Part shown: in pieces, positions 22,663 through 34,541 of the stretch | Layout of the letters: each line of letters opens with the position of its first letter | Position numbering within the stretch: the stretch's first letter is position 1 | Source: Corallochytrium limacisporum Hawaii | Taxonomy: Eukaryota; Protista; Pluriformea | Direction of reading: 5' to 3' | NCBI GenBank assembly: GCA_002811645.1 | Contig: PDIP01000008.1 | Coordinates: 190,608 to 254,607 of the forward strand | Length of the DNA stretch: 64,000 bases | Program-made: the position numbers and the translations under genes | The notes under the pieces: model-generated | The model's input: only the letters and a program-made list of their open reading frames with translations | Told to the model about the DNA's origin: nothing | Database searches by the model: none

Positions 22663-23528
22663 ATTCTTTTCCACCTGCTGCCTATTGCTGTGTATATCTC
22701 TAGAGATTATAGATCAGAACCATCTATTGATCAGAACGTTGTCCCGCTGTGAACGTCCGCACTGGGGCCTACCAGCTCAAGTACCCTATAGTCGCACGCC
22801 ATGCCTCCCCGCAAGGGCACTGCGCATCAGGACTCCCCTCCTCGACAACTCCCCTTTTGCCGCCCAGGGGGGGCCCCCACCGTTTGATGTGTTGTGGCCT
22901 TTTCAGCCACTGAACAAGACCCCTTCCCCCTCTGTGCCACCAAACTCGTAGAAGCCTACACTGAGATTGAGCCCTGGATTTTCGCCACCCTTGCCAGCTT
23001 CCTATACAAATAAAATGAGAACAGGAAACAAGGACCGAATCAACACTTGCATGTAGAGTTCCATTGCTTCAGTATGGAATTGACGGGAGCAAATATGCGT
23101 ATTGAAAATCAAAACAGGAGTAAAACAGGAGTCCTGTTTTCCTGACCATCGCATCAGGGGGTCAGTTGTTAATCGAGGTGCCTCAAGGACTTCCCGTCCG
23201 TTGCATATTCTTGCATATTCTTGCATATTGAGTTCAGCCCCGGATGCACCATATTTTGTAAAAAACTTGGTGGCTGAACAATATACCTATGGCATCTCCT
23301 CAACTTCCTAAGCTGGTCGTTCATGCATCCCGATCAGCGCGGACAAACTAGCTGCGGTTGGTAAATGGGATTTCTCCCTGGCGTGGTAGTGCGATGTGCA
23401 AGACCTGGTAGTGTGCACAATCACCGACATGTAACGAAACGTGTCAATGTATGCCTTGTGCGCAAAAGCGACGGGCCGGCACGCACACCCAGCGATGGCC
23501 CACCGTTGGAACCAGACCGCTTGGCATA

Positions 23529-24820
23529 CCACCCTCTGTCTCATAATATTAGGTAGAATCTATTCAAATCATATTCATTCGAATCCCGACCGCTGTGGCG
23601 GGAAACATTTTGCGCGTTCAAACTCAGCGTAGCCGACTCTATCCCCGAGCCAATTTTCAGTCCNNNNNNNNNNNNNNNNNNNNNNNNNNNNNNNNNNNNN
23701 NNNNNNNNNNNNNNNNNNNNNNNNNNNNNNNNNNNNNNNNNNNNNNNNNNNNNNNNNNNNNNNNNNNNNNNNNNNNNNNNNNNNNNNNNNNNNNNNNNNN
23801 NNNNNNNNNNNNNNNNNNNNNNNNNNNNNNNNNNNNNNNNNNNNNNNNNNNNNNNNNNNNNNNNNNNNNNNNNNNNNNNNNNNNNNNNNNNNNNNNNNNN
23901 NNNNNNNNNNNNNNNNNNNNNNNNNNNNNNNNNNNNNNNNNNNNNNNNNNNNNNNNNNNNNNNNNNNNNNNNNNNNNNNNNNNNNNNNNNNNNNNNNNNN
24001 NNNNNNNNNNNNNNNNNNNNNNNNNNNNNNNNNNNNNNNNNNNNNNNNNNNNNNNNNNNNNNNNNNNNNNNNNNNNNNNNNNNNNNNNNNNNNNNNNNNN
24101 NNNNNNNNNNNNNNNNNNNNNNNNNNNNNNNNNNNNNNNNNNNNNNNNNNNNNNNNNNNNNNNNNNNNNNNNNNNNNNNNNNNNNNNNNNNNNNNNNNNN
24201 NNNNNNNNNNNNNNNNNNNNNNNNNNNNNNNNNNNNNNNNNNNNNNNNNNNNNNNNNNNNNNNNNNNNNNNNNNNNNNNNNNNNNNNNNNNNNNNNNNNN
24301 NNNNNNNNNNNNNNNNNNNNNNNNNNNNNNNNNNNNNNNNNNNNNNNNNNNNNNNNNNNNNNNNNNNNNNNNNNNNNNNNNNNNNNNNNNNNNNNNNNNN
24401 NNNNNNNNNNNNNNNNNNNNNNNNNNNNNNNNNNNNNNNNNNNNNNNNNNNNNNNNNNNNNNNNNNNNNNNNNNNNNNNNNNNNNNNNNNNNNNNNNNNN
24501 NNNNNNNNNNNNNNNNNNNNNNNNNNNNNNNNNNNNNNNNNNNNNNNNNNNNNNNNNNNNNNNNNNNNNNNNNNNAAAAAAATTTTTCGACGACTACGAG
24601 ATCTTCGATGTCAAGTTAATGTGAAAAGGCTCAATTTTTTGAAGTACACTTAAGTGTTTATTCAATCCGTAAACGAAATATTTGAAATTGATTTGGTGTA
24701 TAATGATATTTAATAATAATGATAATAATCAAAATATATATTACTCAATCATGATTAAAAAGAGTGATCGGGGTTCTCGTTTTCGTGCGATTTGTCTCAT
24801 ACTTAGGAGACAGAGGGTGG
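23529..24820. mobile_element. Tc1/mariner-type DNA element with Stowaway-like terminal inverted repeats and TA target-site duplication; interior mostly gap
   Basis: Left TA|CCACCCTCTGTCTCATAA (23529-23546); right TTAGGAGACAGAGGGTGG|TA (24803-24820); 17/18 inverted identity; AT-rich interior. Confidence 0.75.
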
Positions 24821-24830
24821 TACATGGTAC

Positions 24831-24899
24831 ATGCGATCCGGTCTGCCCCTTTGATGCGATCCGGTCTGCCCCTTTGATGCGATACGGTCTGCCCCTTTG
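24831..24899 (+). repeat. Minisatellite, 3 x 23 bp
   Basis: ATGCGATCCGGTCTGCCCCTTTG x3, one substitution in copy 3. Confidence 0.95.
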
Positions 24900-27800
24900 T
24901 CAAACGACATTTTCTTCTGGACTGTCGATACTGTTTGTTCTGTTGAAATGTGTGATTTGGTCGGAATGCTGAACAATTAAATCCATGCGGAAGAAAGCGT
25001 GGGTGCTGGATTCGGACAAGGGAGAGGTTTCCCTCTGCCGGCCATACTGTGGACTGGTGGTGGAGAGCTGAAATCATTCCTTGGGAATTGAGTTTCCACG
25101 ATTGCTATAATGCCACTATGATACCCCAACGGAAGTCGCGAGTAACCCCCCCTGGAGTGAGGTGTGCTCAAGCTCAGCGGAAGTCACCTCGTATGGAGTT
25201 GGGGTGGGGGGGGGCCGGTGAGGGGGAAGAGAGAGGCAAGGTCAAGAGAGTTCGAGGATTTTGGTTTCGCATGGTGGGTTCTTTTTTTTTTAATCCTTCT
25301 CTCTCTCTCTCTCTCTCTCTCCCCTGCAGGCTATTTGTTGTGCGGCGAAAGATGGATGTGTTTGGTGCGCCGGGCGGTGGGGGGGGGGGGGGGGGATGGA
25401 GGGGAGGTTGAAAAAAAGTTGCCCAGGAAAGGGAAAGAAAAAAGGNNNNNNNNNNNNNNNNNNNNNNNNNNNNNNNNNNNNNNNNNNNNNNNNNNNNNNN
25501 NNNNNNNNNNNNNNNNNNNNNNNNNNNNNNNNNNNNNNNNNNNNNNNNNNNGGGGGGGGGTGTGATGGATGGGATGATGACAAAAAGTTGGCCAGGAAAG
25601 GGAAAGTAAAAAGGGAAATTTACTTTAAAAAAAAAGAATGGGACGTCAAAAGTGACCAAAAATGGGCAAAAAAGTAGGTCTCCTGGTGGGTACGCGCGGG
25701 ACATAAACCCGGGTTCCAACGACGACAGTTTCGCAGGGGAGGAGGGGAGGGAGAAGAGAGAGGGAGGTTGGGTGGTGAGGGTCCGACTGAGTAGGCAAAA
25801 AAATTCAGGAGGAAAATCCATAGCGGGGAAGGGAAATTCTGGGGCCGAGTGAGGTGGTGTGGGCAGGGCAAAGAGTTTCCTTTCTATTTTTCTTTGGCCG
25901 GAAACAAAAGGAACATACACCCCAAAGCCAAATCCACAACTTCGCACATATTTTACCCCAAATTCCTTTGGCGATGGATTCCATTTACGGCCTCCTTTCT
26001 TGGACGGGCATTAGCACCGGAGTGGTGATTATACTTCGCATATTTTCCCAGCTTTTTTTTTTAACCACTTCCAAGTATGGTATGGGCAACAAGCAGGCGT
26101 TTATTACCAGCAACCTGGGCTCGAACATACTGGATGTCGATTTATTGACGCTGATTGGTTGGTAAGTGGCATGCACCGTTTCTTCATTACGGGAAATGAA
26201 GGGAACGGAGGGAGGGGGAGCAAAGCGAGAGAGCGAGAGAGGTTCTCAAGTCAATTAGTGCCAAAGTGGGCGGGCTGGCCGGCCCCCCGGGGGGGGGGCT
26301 TCTCTTTGTGGAGAGAGTATTATCAACGAGGAAAATGGAGGCCCGGTCCCGTGCCGGCTGCAATCCCGGAGACTTGAATATAGCGACAATGCGGACGAAA
26401 GGGAGGGGAGAGGGGAATGTGTGTGTCCTTTTTTTGCTAACCGTCGTCAACAAAAAAAAAATTCAACAAAGCAAGAAACTCCCCCCTGGAAGCCCAAGAC
26501 CCACCTCGACAACCGAGTGGGACCCCAACAACGATTGACCAGTTAAGCGTACGTTACGTTCTAGCTATCCATACCATACCCTAAGGACTTAAAAATCAAA
26601 AAAAGGGAACACCTGTCCTCCTTTTTCTCTTTCTTTTCTTGATTTTTGGGCTTTGTAGCACACCATTGCATCAATCTCCGTGTTTCAGCTCCGGCAAGGA
26701 AGGAGAGTGTCCCCTTCCCCTTTCTCCCCCCCCCCCCACCACCCTTGCCACAGATTCACTACNNNNNNNNNNNNNNNNNNNNNNNNNNNNNNNNNNNNNN
26801 NNNNNNNNNNNNNNNNNNNNNNNNNNNNNNNNNNNNNNNNNNNNNNNNNNNNNNNNNNNNNNNNNNNNNNNNNNNNNNNNNNNNNNNNNNNNNNNNNNNN
26901 NNNNNNNNNNNNNNNNNNNNNNNNNNNNNNNNNNNNNNNNNNNNNNNNNNNNNNNNNNNNNNNNNNNNNNNNNNNNNNNNNNNNNNNNNNNNNNNNNNNN
27001 NNNNNNNNNNNNNNNNNNNNNNNNNNNNNNNNNNNNNNNNNACCCCGCCGTGGTGTTCTTCCTTGGTTTTTCTTTTTGCTTCCTCCCGCATGTGTCCCCC
27101 CCCCCTCTGGCATTCCCACTGCCCACCCCTCTCTGCCCCCCTTGACACGTCCGGTAACCTTTCAGTGTTCGCTGGCCTCGCCACCAAAAATCCTGGGCGA
27201 TAGCCAAGCGCACAGTCTTTTTGCCGCCCCCTCGTTTTTCCTTCTTCTGAACCGTTCCACGGCCCGAGACGGATTGCCTTGTTTTTTTTTTTAATTTCCG
27301 TCCCGTCCTTTATCGGCCCTGTCTGGCAAAGTCGAAGTTTCGGTATTGATCTCGTGAGGATCGGTGAGATCCCCATATGGACTCTGGGCAGCTATCGGGC
27401 ACATACCCATCTTCTCTTTCGTTTTTCTTTCCCTTTCCCTTTCTTTCATTCTAGTTTTTTTTTAAACTTTTTTAGGAGGCCTCCTCTTGTTTTCGCCTTC
27501 CGGGAATGGGTATTATGCCAGCAAGGCTTACCGCAGCCAAAATGCACGCTTTGGTGGTCTCCGGCTTTGGGTGGCTCCCGCTTTTGGATGTGATCTTGTT
27601 TCGTTTGGTGCCACTCCCTCGTAGTATGGTCCGTTCTCTTCCGTCCACCTTTCTGTCGGCGGAATTCTTCGCAGTTCGGTCCGATGTCAGTTTGTCTTTA
27701 AACCTTTGCAAGAGATCCACGATGGTATGGAAGAAATACAACCCACTGAACCATGGTGAAGTCCTTCACACCCCAAGTTGGTGGGCCTGAAGGATGAGAT

Positions 27801-27911
27801 CAGTGAAGTATTTCCTTGGGAAACAGAGAGAACGTGAGGAACAAAGAGAAAACACGTACTTTGCTTTGAGTTGGCCCTAAAGAATAAGTGGATTGATCGC
27901 ACACGAGAACC

Positions 27912-29858
27912 ATGAAGGGTTCGCCAATTCGGATCGGCCAGGACCACCGCGGTCTGAGTGGGGACTCATACCGTGTCCGCTACGGCCCTATGCTCATGAT
28001 ATGCGCTATGGTGGCTCTGACTCTGCTCGTGCTGAGCCACTTTTTCATTAGTTCGAGAGACCCGGCAGGTACGGTTGTCCTCAATCCACGAGTGGAGGGC
28101 GAGCCGCCAGCAGAAAAGCATCCCTTGGGAGACGGCAAGAACAAAAAGTACCCACCCCCCGAGGTTTCATCACAGGAATTCATCGGTCACCCTCTGCCGT
28201 ATGATGACGAACAGTACCAAAAATGGGAAGGTCGCAGCATGAACATGACCATGACCAACGAGCACCCTTGGACGCAGTACCTTAACGCGAAGGACGAAGG
28301 CTTCCGTAACTGGCTTCCTGACTTCAGCTACGCCGGCTACCACTACAACACTATTCCCATCCCAAATCACCGCGTATGGGACCACAAGACCTACCGTGTA
28401 AGTTGGTACGGTGGCCATCCGAATGACGACGAATTTGACGACGAGGCAATTCAAAAGGCCATCCATGAAGCTGAGAAGTCCTGTGGAGGTATCATTACAT
28501 TTGAAGCGGGTACGTACCTCATTTCGCCGACATCGAAACTGAGTGACTACATCCAGGTCAACATGGGGAACACTATCTTTTTAGGTATGGGGTCGGATCC
28601 TGAGACGGGCACTATTATCAAGCAGGTCAGTGCCAAGGCAATGCAGGCATTCCATGTCATCCAGGTGGGTCCCGCACACAAGAGCTACGACAACAAGCGT
28701 ATCGCTAAGGTCATTGCTGACGTCCCACGGGAGTCATTTTGGATTCCGGTCGACGATGTGAGCAAGTTCTATGAATGGCAGACCGTGGTGCTGGAGAACA
28801 CGGAGAAGGACTACTGGAAACATGAATATAAGGGCATGGAAATGCCAAATCGGTGGGCACGCATGCACGAGTCCGGTCTGGAAATTTACGAACCCCATCA
28901 AATTGAGAAGATTGACTACGGACGCAAGATGGTCAAATTCCTGGAGCCAATCCGTCACGACATTCTTGTTGAATACGAGTTTACGATTCGTGACAATCCA
29001 ATGATTGAGGAAGTAGGATTCCAGGGCATCGCTTTCCACGGTGGATACGATTGGAATAACGTGCCACAGGACTTTAGGCATCACCAGGGGGGCGAAATCG
29101 GAGAGATTCATGACTGGGGCTGGCAGATGGTGCGCTTTGACCAATGCTTGAACTGCTGGATGCGCGACGTTAGCTTTAAGAACTTAAATGGTGGACTCTA
29201 CCTCGACCACAACATGGGCTTCACGTTGGAGAACGCGGTCTGGTCCGGCAAAGCCACCCACCACTCGCTGCAGAATCGCCGCAGCTATGGCTCCTTCTTT
29301 AAGAATCTGTACATGAACACCACCATGGAACATGGTCCCACCACCTGCCACTTGGCCGTTGGCACTGTGTACTACAATCTGACCATGCAAGAGGGTATGC
29401 CCATTGATTTCCATGCCGGCAATCCTCGCACCACTCTGTACGATTACACTACTGGTGGTCAGTTTGAAGGTTCTGGTGGCCCCTACAAGGCTTTCCCGAA
29501 TCACGGACATATGCTCGTGTTCTGGAATCTGTTGCATCGCGCCTGGTCCCCATACCTGATGTCCGAGAGGATCAATTTCTGGTTCAACCCCAAACACCCC
29601 GAAGGCCCCTACACACGTCACATCTTTGCAAAACCGGTTGTGATTGGCCTGGAAGGGGATCCTGTTGGTATGTACAAGAACACGACACTTTTCACTTACT
29701 CGTTGGACGAGTTTGTGAAGCCGGACAGTCTGTTCTATGCTCAATTGAATGAACGTGGCCCAACCAAGTTGAAGCCTCGCCTGAAGAAGCAAGACTACTG
29801 CGACCAGGACCTTCGGACGCGTGTCAAGAAGTACCTGTTCGAAGGTCACCATGATTAG
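27912..29858 (+). CDS. Type II membrane beta-helix protein, DUF4955 / polysaccharide lyase (PL29-like) candidate
   Basis: N-terminal TM anchor; LPDFSYAGY, DDEAIQKAI...GGIITFEAGTY, NCWMRDVSF, IDFHAGNP, GGPYKAFPNH..LVFWN, PDSLFYAQL. Confidence 0.72.
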   Translation: MKGSPIRIGQDHRGLSGDSYRVRYGPMLMICAMVALTLLVLSHFFISSRDPAGTVVLNPRVEGEPPAEKHPLGDGKNKKYPPPEVSSQEFIGHPLPYDDEQYQKWEGRSMNMTMTNEHPWTQYLNAKDEGFRNWLPDFSYAGYHYNTIPIPNHRVWDHKTYRVSWYGGHPNDDEFDDEAIQKAIHEAEKSCGGIITFEAGTYLISPTSKLSDYIQVNMGNTIFLGMGSDPETGTIIKQVSAKAMQAFHVIQVGPAHKSYDNKRIAKVIADVPRESFWIPVDDVSKFYEWQTVVLENTEKDYWKHEYKGMEMPNRWARMHESGLEIYEPHQIEKIDYGRKMVKFLEPIRHDILVEYEFTIRDNPMIEEVGFQGIAFHGGYDWNNVPQDFRHHQGGEIGEIHDWGWQMVRFDQCLNCWMRDVSFKNLNGGLYLDHNMGFTLENAVWSGKATHHSLQNRRSYGSFFKNLYMNTTMEHGPTTCHLAVGTVYYNLTMQEGMPIDFHAGNPRTTLYDYTTGGQFEGSGGPYKAFPNHGHMLVFWNLLHRAWSPYLMSERINFWFNPKHPEGPYTRHIFAKPVVIGLEGDPVGMYKNTTLFTYSLDEFVKPDSLFYAQLNERGPTKLKPRLKKQDYCDQDLRTRVKKYLFEGHHD

Positions 29859-30070
29859 TGACCATCACAGGGCCCTGTCCGCCACATCAAATGACTCGAA
29901 CAGTTGCAATTTTGAGCACAGCTTCTACAATTTATAAACATAGTTATTGTTTTCATAGTCAACCCTTGACAAACAAAGTTGAAACAAGTTCTTGCTGTAG
30001 TTATTGACATGTACTATGATTCATACATTGAAATCGAAGGATAGGATTATCTTGTGGACACCAGCCTTCG

Positions 30071-30757
30071 TCAACTTGTTTTCCCATTTCCATAAGTCTC
30101 AACACTTTCTCGCATTAATTTTATCACATCCGTTGGATCGTCAACCTTATACACACTACTGCCAGCAACAATCATGTTGGCACCTGCCTTCGCTGCAGCA
30201 TCAATCGTAGAGGGTCCCAATCCACCATCTACTTCGATGTCCTTTGTCGGGTACTTCTGACGCAGAGTGCTTACCTTGGGCATCATGTCCTCCATAAACG
30301 ACTGCCCACCAAAACCAGGTTCGACTGTCATGACCAGAAGCATGTCTGCCCCATCTGCGTAGGGCAGGATGTCCTCGACTGGGGTACCGGGCTTGATGCC
30401 GATGCCGACCTTCATGCCCGCGTCCTTGATTTGCCTTATAAGGGCACCCGGGTCCTTAGTGGCCTCTAGGTGAAATGTGAACTGATCCGCTCCAGCATCA
30501 GCAATGTCAGCCACCCACTTCTCAGGCTCGCTCACCATCATGTGGCAGTCGAAGAAAGCGTTCGGGATGTTCTTCCGCAGGCACTTGATGACTGGAGCAC
30601 CGAAAGTGATATTGGGCACAAAGTGACCATCCATCACGTCCAGGTGTAGATAGTCAGCTCCGGCATCGAGCACCTTCTGAGACTCCTCCGTGAGACGGCT
30701 CAGGTCACTGGCCAGGACAGAAGGTCCAATCTTACAATTGCAAGTGTGAAATCCCAT
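30071..30757 (-). CDS. RPE: Ribulose-phosphate 3-epimerase
   Basis: [47 protein letters not shown]. Confidence 0.97.
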   Translation of the reverse strand: MGFHTCNCKIGPSVLASDLSRLTEESQKVLDAGADYLHLDVMDGHFVPNITFGAPVIKCLRKNIPNAFFDCHMMVSEPEKWVADIADAGADQFTFHLEATKDPGALIRQIKDAGMKVGIGIKPGTPVEDILPYADGADMLLVMTVEPGFGGQSFMEDMMPKVSTLRQKYPTKDIEVDGGLGPSTIDAAAKAGANMIVAGSSVYKVDDPTDVIKLMRESVETYGNGKTS

Positions 30758-31204
30758 GGTGCATGTGTTGTCGTATGATATGACTGTCGCCTAACGAGTC
30801 CGAGTATGTTACAACAGGCGGAGAACCCAATGCGGCTGCAACTGATTCTTAATACTGTTAGACCTTGTATAACTGATCAGTCCAAGTAAAGTTCATGACA
30901 TGAACTGTAATCCAAATGTGCTGCCCATATTGACCGCCCAAATTGCGGGTTTCCCCACTGGACGGGAGACGAACCCTGTATTGTTGTACCCCTTGATCAG
31001 CAAGGTGACCGGGGCTTCTGGGGTCTATCACACATGGAGAACTTGCGTTTCTCCGAACCTGCGGCCTTTGATATTCAAACATGATCCGGATATGTCTGTG
31101 TTTTTTTTGTTTTATCGGAAGTGGTGGTGAGATCATCAATGATTACGACGAGGTTGTTGTTTGAAAAAAGGAACGGTACTATAAAGAGTTGTCCGTATAT
31201 TAAA

Positions 31205-33103
31205 TTAACCAGCAGAGCGAATGTGCGCTGCGCGGCGGGCGCGGACAAGGAACGGCTTGGATCCGGCCAAGCGCTTCTCCCGTTCAAGTTCCATAACAAC
31301 GTTGTACCAAGCGGTGGTCATGAGACGATCCTCACGGTCACGATAGCGACGGTAGTCCTCGTCGAACGTATCACCGGGGCCGGGACGCATTGAGGATCGT
31401 TCCGTGCGCAGTGCTTTGGGTTCAGTTTTCTTCTCGTGTGCCTGGGCCACGTCCTTGAGTCGGATCATCTCACGCAGGTCCTGAACCTGCTGTTGCAGAA
31501 TGACAATCTCTTGTTCCTTCTGTGTCATGCCTTCCTGAGCTCGTTGGGAGTCGTCTGATTGATTGGCCTTGGCCAGGACTTGTCCAATGTGATCTCGACG
31601 TACACCATGGGCAGATAGTTGCGCATCAATGGCTTGGAGTTCCCTTGTCAGCTCTGCGACCTTGGTCTGCAAATGCTTCAGTTCGGCCTCGCCACTGTTC
31701 AGACGATTGGCATCAAGAGCTGCATGGTGCAGCTGAGCACGTAGCTCCTCAACTTGGCAATGTCGACTGGCAGAGAGGGAGAGCGCCTGTTTGAGTTCAG
31801 AACGCAGCCTTGCTTCACGCTGCTCCCCACTCAGACCGCTCAGGCCTCGCAGTACGTCCGCGCTGCCCGAAGACTCAGACTTGGCAGCCAGAGACGCATC
31901 ATCAATCATGGGGTCGCCTTCAACCATGGCACTATCAGTGACATTCATGCCTTCACTGTCACGCACGCCCTCTCGCAGTCGTTGCATCTCGAAAGCGGCC
32001 TCTTTCAGGCGGAACTCGAGGTCCTTCTTGTCCTTCTCAAGCAAAACCACCTTTTCTTGGGTAACATCGAGCAGTTTCCTGACACCCTGTATCTGTCTTT
32101 GCAATGGGATATTGCCATCGGCGGCACCGGACCCGGCTACCGCATCACTGCCGACCGTTGCATTTACATTGTCCTCAAGCTGCTGCTCCAGTTCTATGAT
32201 CCTCCGCTGGGATTTCTCCAATTGTATCTTCACCGCCCGGGACTGTTTTGCTTGGTGCCGCAACACGTCAAGCTCGTCACGTAGACTTTTTGATGCCTCT
32301 AATTCTTTCTTGAGTTCCTTGTTCTCGCGCTCCAGTCCCTGGTACGCCTGCTTCAGTCCCTGCATCTCTTGGCGTATCTGTTCCTTCTGCGCCTCGGTAT
32401 CGTCCAGTGCCGTTTGAAGAGCCTCCACATCTTCTTTTGCGATATTCTCGACAGCAGCGGCGCCTTCAGTATCTACAATGCCAGGGTTTCTCTTCTCTAT
32501 CTTACTCTCTAGCTCAGCGACGTGCCTCTCCAGCTGAGAAACATAATTCTTTAGCTCTTGGTTCTCGTCGGCTAGCTCACTCGGAAATGACTTCAATTGT
32601 TCACCATCCATGGCCATCATGGGTTCATCAACCCCAACATCCTCCATCGACTGAATTCGAGTGTGCATTAGTTCCTGAGTTACTTCCATAACTGCCTTCT
32701 GCACAGCCTGGGACTGTTGCAATACGCGAGCGATGAACACCTCCTGTTTAGAGAGCATGGTGGCACCAATAACTAGCTCGAAAAGTGCCTCGATATCCAC
32801 CAGGGAGGAATCCCGTGCAATGGCATGCTCACTGGGCATTTTTGTGATCACGTAGCCAAGCTGTTCCGAATAATACTCACTTAAGCCCTTTGTAAGGCGA
32901 TTGATGTTCGTCTTTCTGAGCCGCCAATTGTCATCGACTTCTGCGTTGATCCGATCTGAGTCAAAATAGTCTGGTGCCACCTCGCTCATCATTTCATAGA
33001 GCACCACACCACTGGCCAGGGACTCCACTGAGTCCGGCACCTGCGACAAATCATCAAAAGTCTGTGCATATTGCAGCAATAGATCTGCCCGTTCTGTACT
33101 CAT
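31205..33103 (-). CDS. HOOK: Hook family dynein/microtubule adaptor
   Basis: N-terminal Hook domain (LASGVVL...APDYF...NWRLRKTN...L.EYY), long coiled coil, C-terminal EDRLMTTAWYN...FLVRARR. Confidence 0.85.
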   Translation of the reverse strand: MSTERADLLLQYAQTFDDLSQVPDSVESLASGVVLYEMMSEVAPDYFDSDRINAEVDDNWRLRKTNINRLTKGLSEYYSEQLGYVITKMPSEHAIARDSSLVDIEALFELVIGATMLSKQEVFIARVLQQSQAVQKAVMEVTQELMHTRIQSMEDVGVDEPMMAMDGEQLKSFPSELADENQELKNYVSQLERHVAELESKIEKRNPGIVDTEGAAAVENIAKEDVEALQTALDDTEAQKEQIRQEMQGLKQAYQGLERENKELKKELEASKSLRDELDVLRHQAKQSRAVKIQLEKSQRRIIELEQQLEDNVNATVGSDAVAGSGAADGNIPLQRQIQGVRKLLDVTQEKVVLLEKDKKDLEFRLKEAAFEMQRLREGVRDSEGMNVTDSAMVEGDPMIDDASLAAKSESSGSADVLRGLSGLSGEQREARLRSELKQALSLSASRHCQVEELRAQLHHAALDANRLNSGEAELKHLQTKVAELTRELQAIDAQLSAHGVRRDHIGQVLAKANQSDDSQRAQEGMTQKEQEIVILQQQVQDLREMIRLKDVAQAHEKKTEPKALRTERSSMRPGPGDTFDEDYRRYRDREDRLMTTAWYNVVMELEREKRLAGSKPFLVRARRAAHIRSAG

Positions 33104-33635
33104 GGTTCCTCAGATGTGTATTCTGCCGTGTGGCTGGGGCTTACTTTGGGAACGTTCCCCTGGTCTCTGTACGGAGTCTAACCTTGAATCCTCCAGCCAA
33201 AGAGATCCCCCTTTAATATCCTATTGTCATGCATAAATGTGGGTAGTGCTAAATGCCTTTGCGGCAATGGATCAGAGCCTTTCGACCGAGCAATGACACA
33301 TCTGACGGTGCCGAAAAGGTCAACCGCTAAACAAACCGTATACGTCTAGTCCGGATACGTCCGAGTGTGGTTTCGGTGCCACAGTCAATGTAGGGAGGGG
33401 GAGGCCAACCTGTGGGGTCCGTACGCAATTTCCATAGCGAATGACCCATCGGACGGCCCCACGGAGTCGCTGGCGGCCGTTCTGCACAGCCCGGGTGAGT
33501 CTCATGACCTTTTGCTCCGCAATCGGCAGCTATTTGATATACATGTACTACAATCTATACCATCCTGTTACCAAGTGGGTTTCACCAATGGATTTGACTC
33601 CCAAAGGCACAGTTCACGTTACGGACAGCCGAAGA

Positions 33636-34541
33636 ATGCTGAGGATTCCGTTGAGGACGCTCACGAAATCAGGAAGTCTACTCACCAAAGCCACGGACCC
33701 ATCAGTCGGTTACTCTCTGCAACAGAGGTTTAATCATTCCAGCCAAAAGTTTGTCGGTCACACCAATATGGACGTTCACATTGTGCCCGTGCTAGAAGAC
33801 AACTACGCGTACTTGCTCGTGGACAAGGAGACAAACACCTGCGCAGCGGTCGATCCGGTCCAGGCCGAGGTAGTGACCAAAGCAGCAAAGGCGAAGGGGC
33901 TCACCATCAGCAAGATCATGACCACACACCACCACTGGGACCACTCAGGAGGTAACAATGATATGAAGAAACTGAACCCCAACGTTTCAGTACTCGGCGG
34001 CGATGATCGTGTCGAAGGCATGACGGAAATGGTGAAGCAAGGCGATCAGTTTACCCTAGGAAGTCTGAACGTGAAATGCCTGCATACGCCTTGCCACACC
34101 ACAGGCCACATAAGCTACTATGTGACTCATCCCAATGGGGAATCTGACCCTGCCGTCTTTACTGGGGACACCCTCTTCGTCGGCGGGTGCGGTCGATTCT
34201 TCGAGGGCGAGCCCAACCAAATGGTCCAGAGCCTGACCACCTTGGGATCGCTGCCACCCAGCACCCGGGTCTACTGCGGACATGAGTACACTGTGAAAAA
34301 CCTGCAATTTGCTCAAGTTGTGGAACCGAACAACATTGATCTTAAGGACAAGCTGTCTTGGTGTCAGCAGCAGCGCGCTGAAGGCAAGCCCACCATCCCT
34401 TCAACCATTGGGGAGGAGCTGAAATACAACCCATTCATGCGCTTCAACCAGAAAGATGTCAAAGCGTTTGCGAAATCCGATGAAGACACGGAAGTCATGG
34501 GCAAAGTTCGGGCGGCCAAGGATTCCTGGAAAGGTCCCTGA
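33636..34541 (+). CDS. HAGH: Hydroxyacylglutathione hydrolase (glyoxalase II)
   Basis: DNYAYLL, THHHWDHSGGN, TPCHTTGH, FTGDTLFVGGCGRFFEG, YCGHEYT, EELKYNPFMR; start uncertain (ATGs at 33441, 33636, 33768 among others). Confidence 0.93.
   Translation: MLRIPLRTLTKSGSLLTKATDPSVGYSLQQRFNHSSQKFVGHTNMDVHIVPVLEDNYAYLLVDKETNTCAAVDPVQAEVVTKAAKAKGLTISKIMTTHHHWDHSGGNNDMKKLNPNVSVLGGDDRVEGMTEMVKQGDQFTLGSLNVKCLHTPCHTTGHISYYVTHPNGESDPAVFTGDTLFVGGCGRFFEGEPNQMVQSLTTLGSLPPSTRVYCGHEYTVKNLQFAQVVEPNNIDLKDKLSWCQQQRAEGKPTIPSTIGEELKYNPFMRFNQKDVKAFAKSDEDTEVMGKVRAAKDSWKGP

Noticed and set aside
23595-24653. ORFs spanning N-gaps and low-complexity islands
   Set aside because: Artefacts of N-runs and simple repeats; no domain signal
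25381-25616. Imperfect ~60-bp direct repeat on both sides of a gap
   Set aside because: Probably the same sequence read twice with errors after a G-run (assembly artefact)
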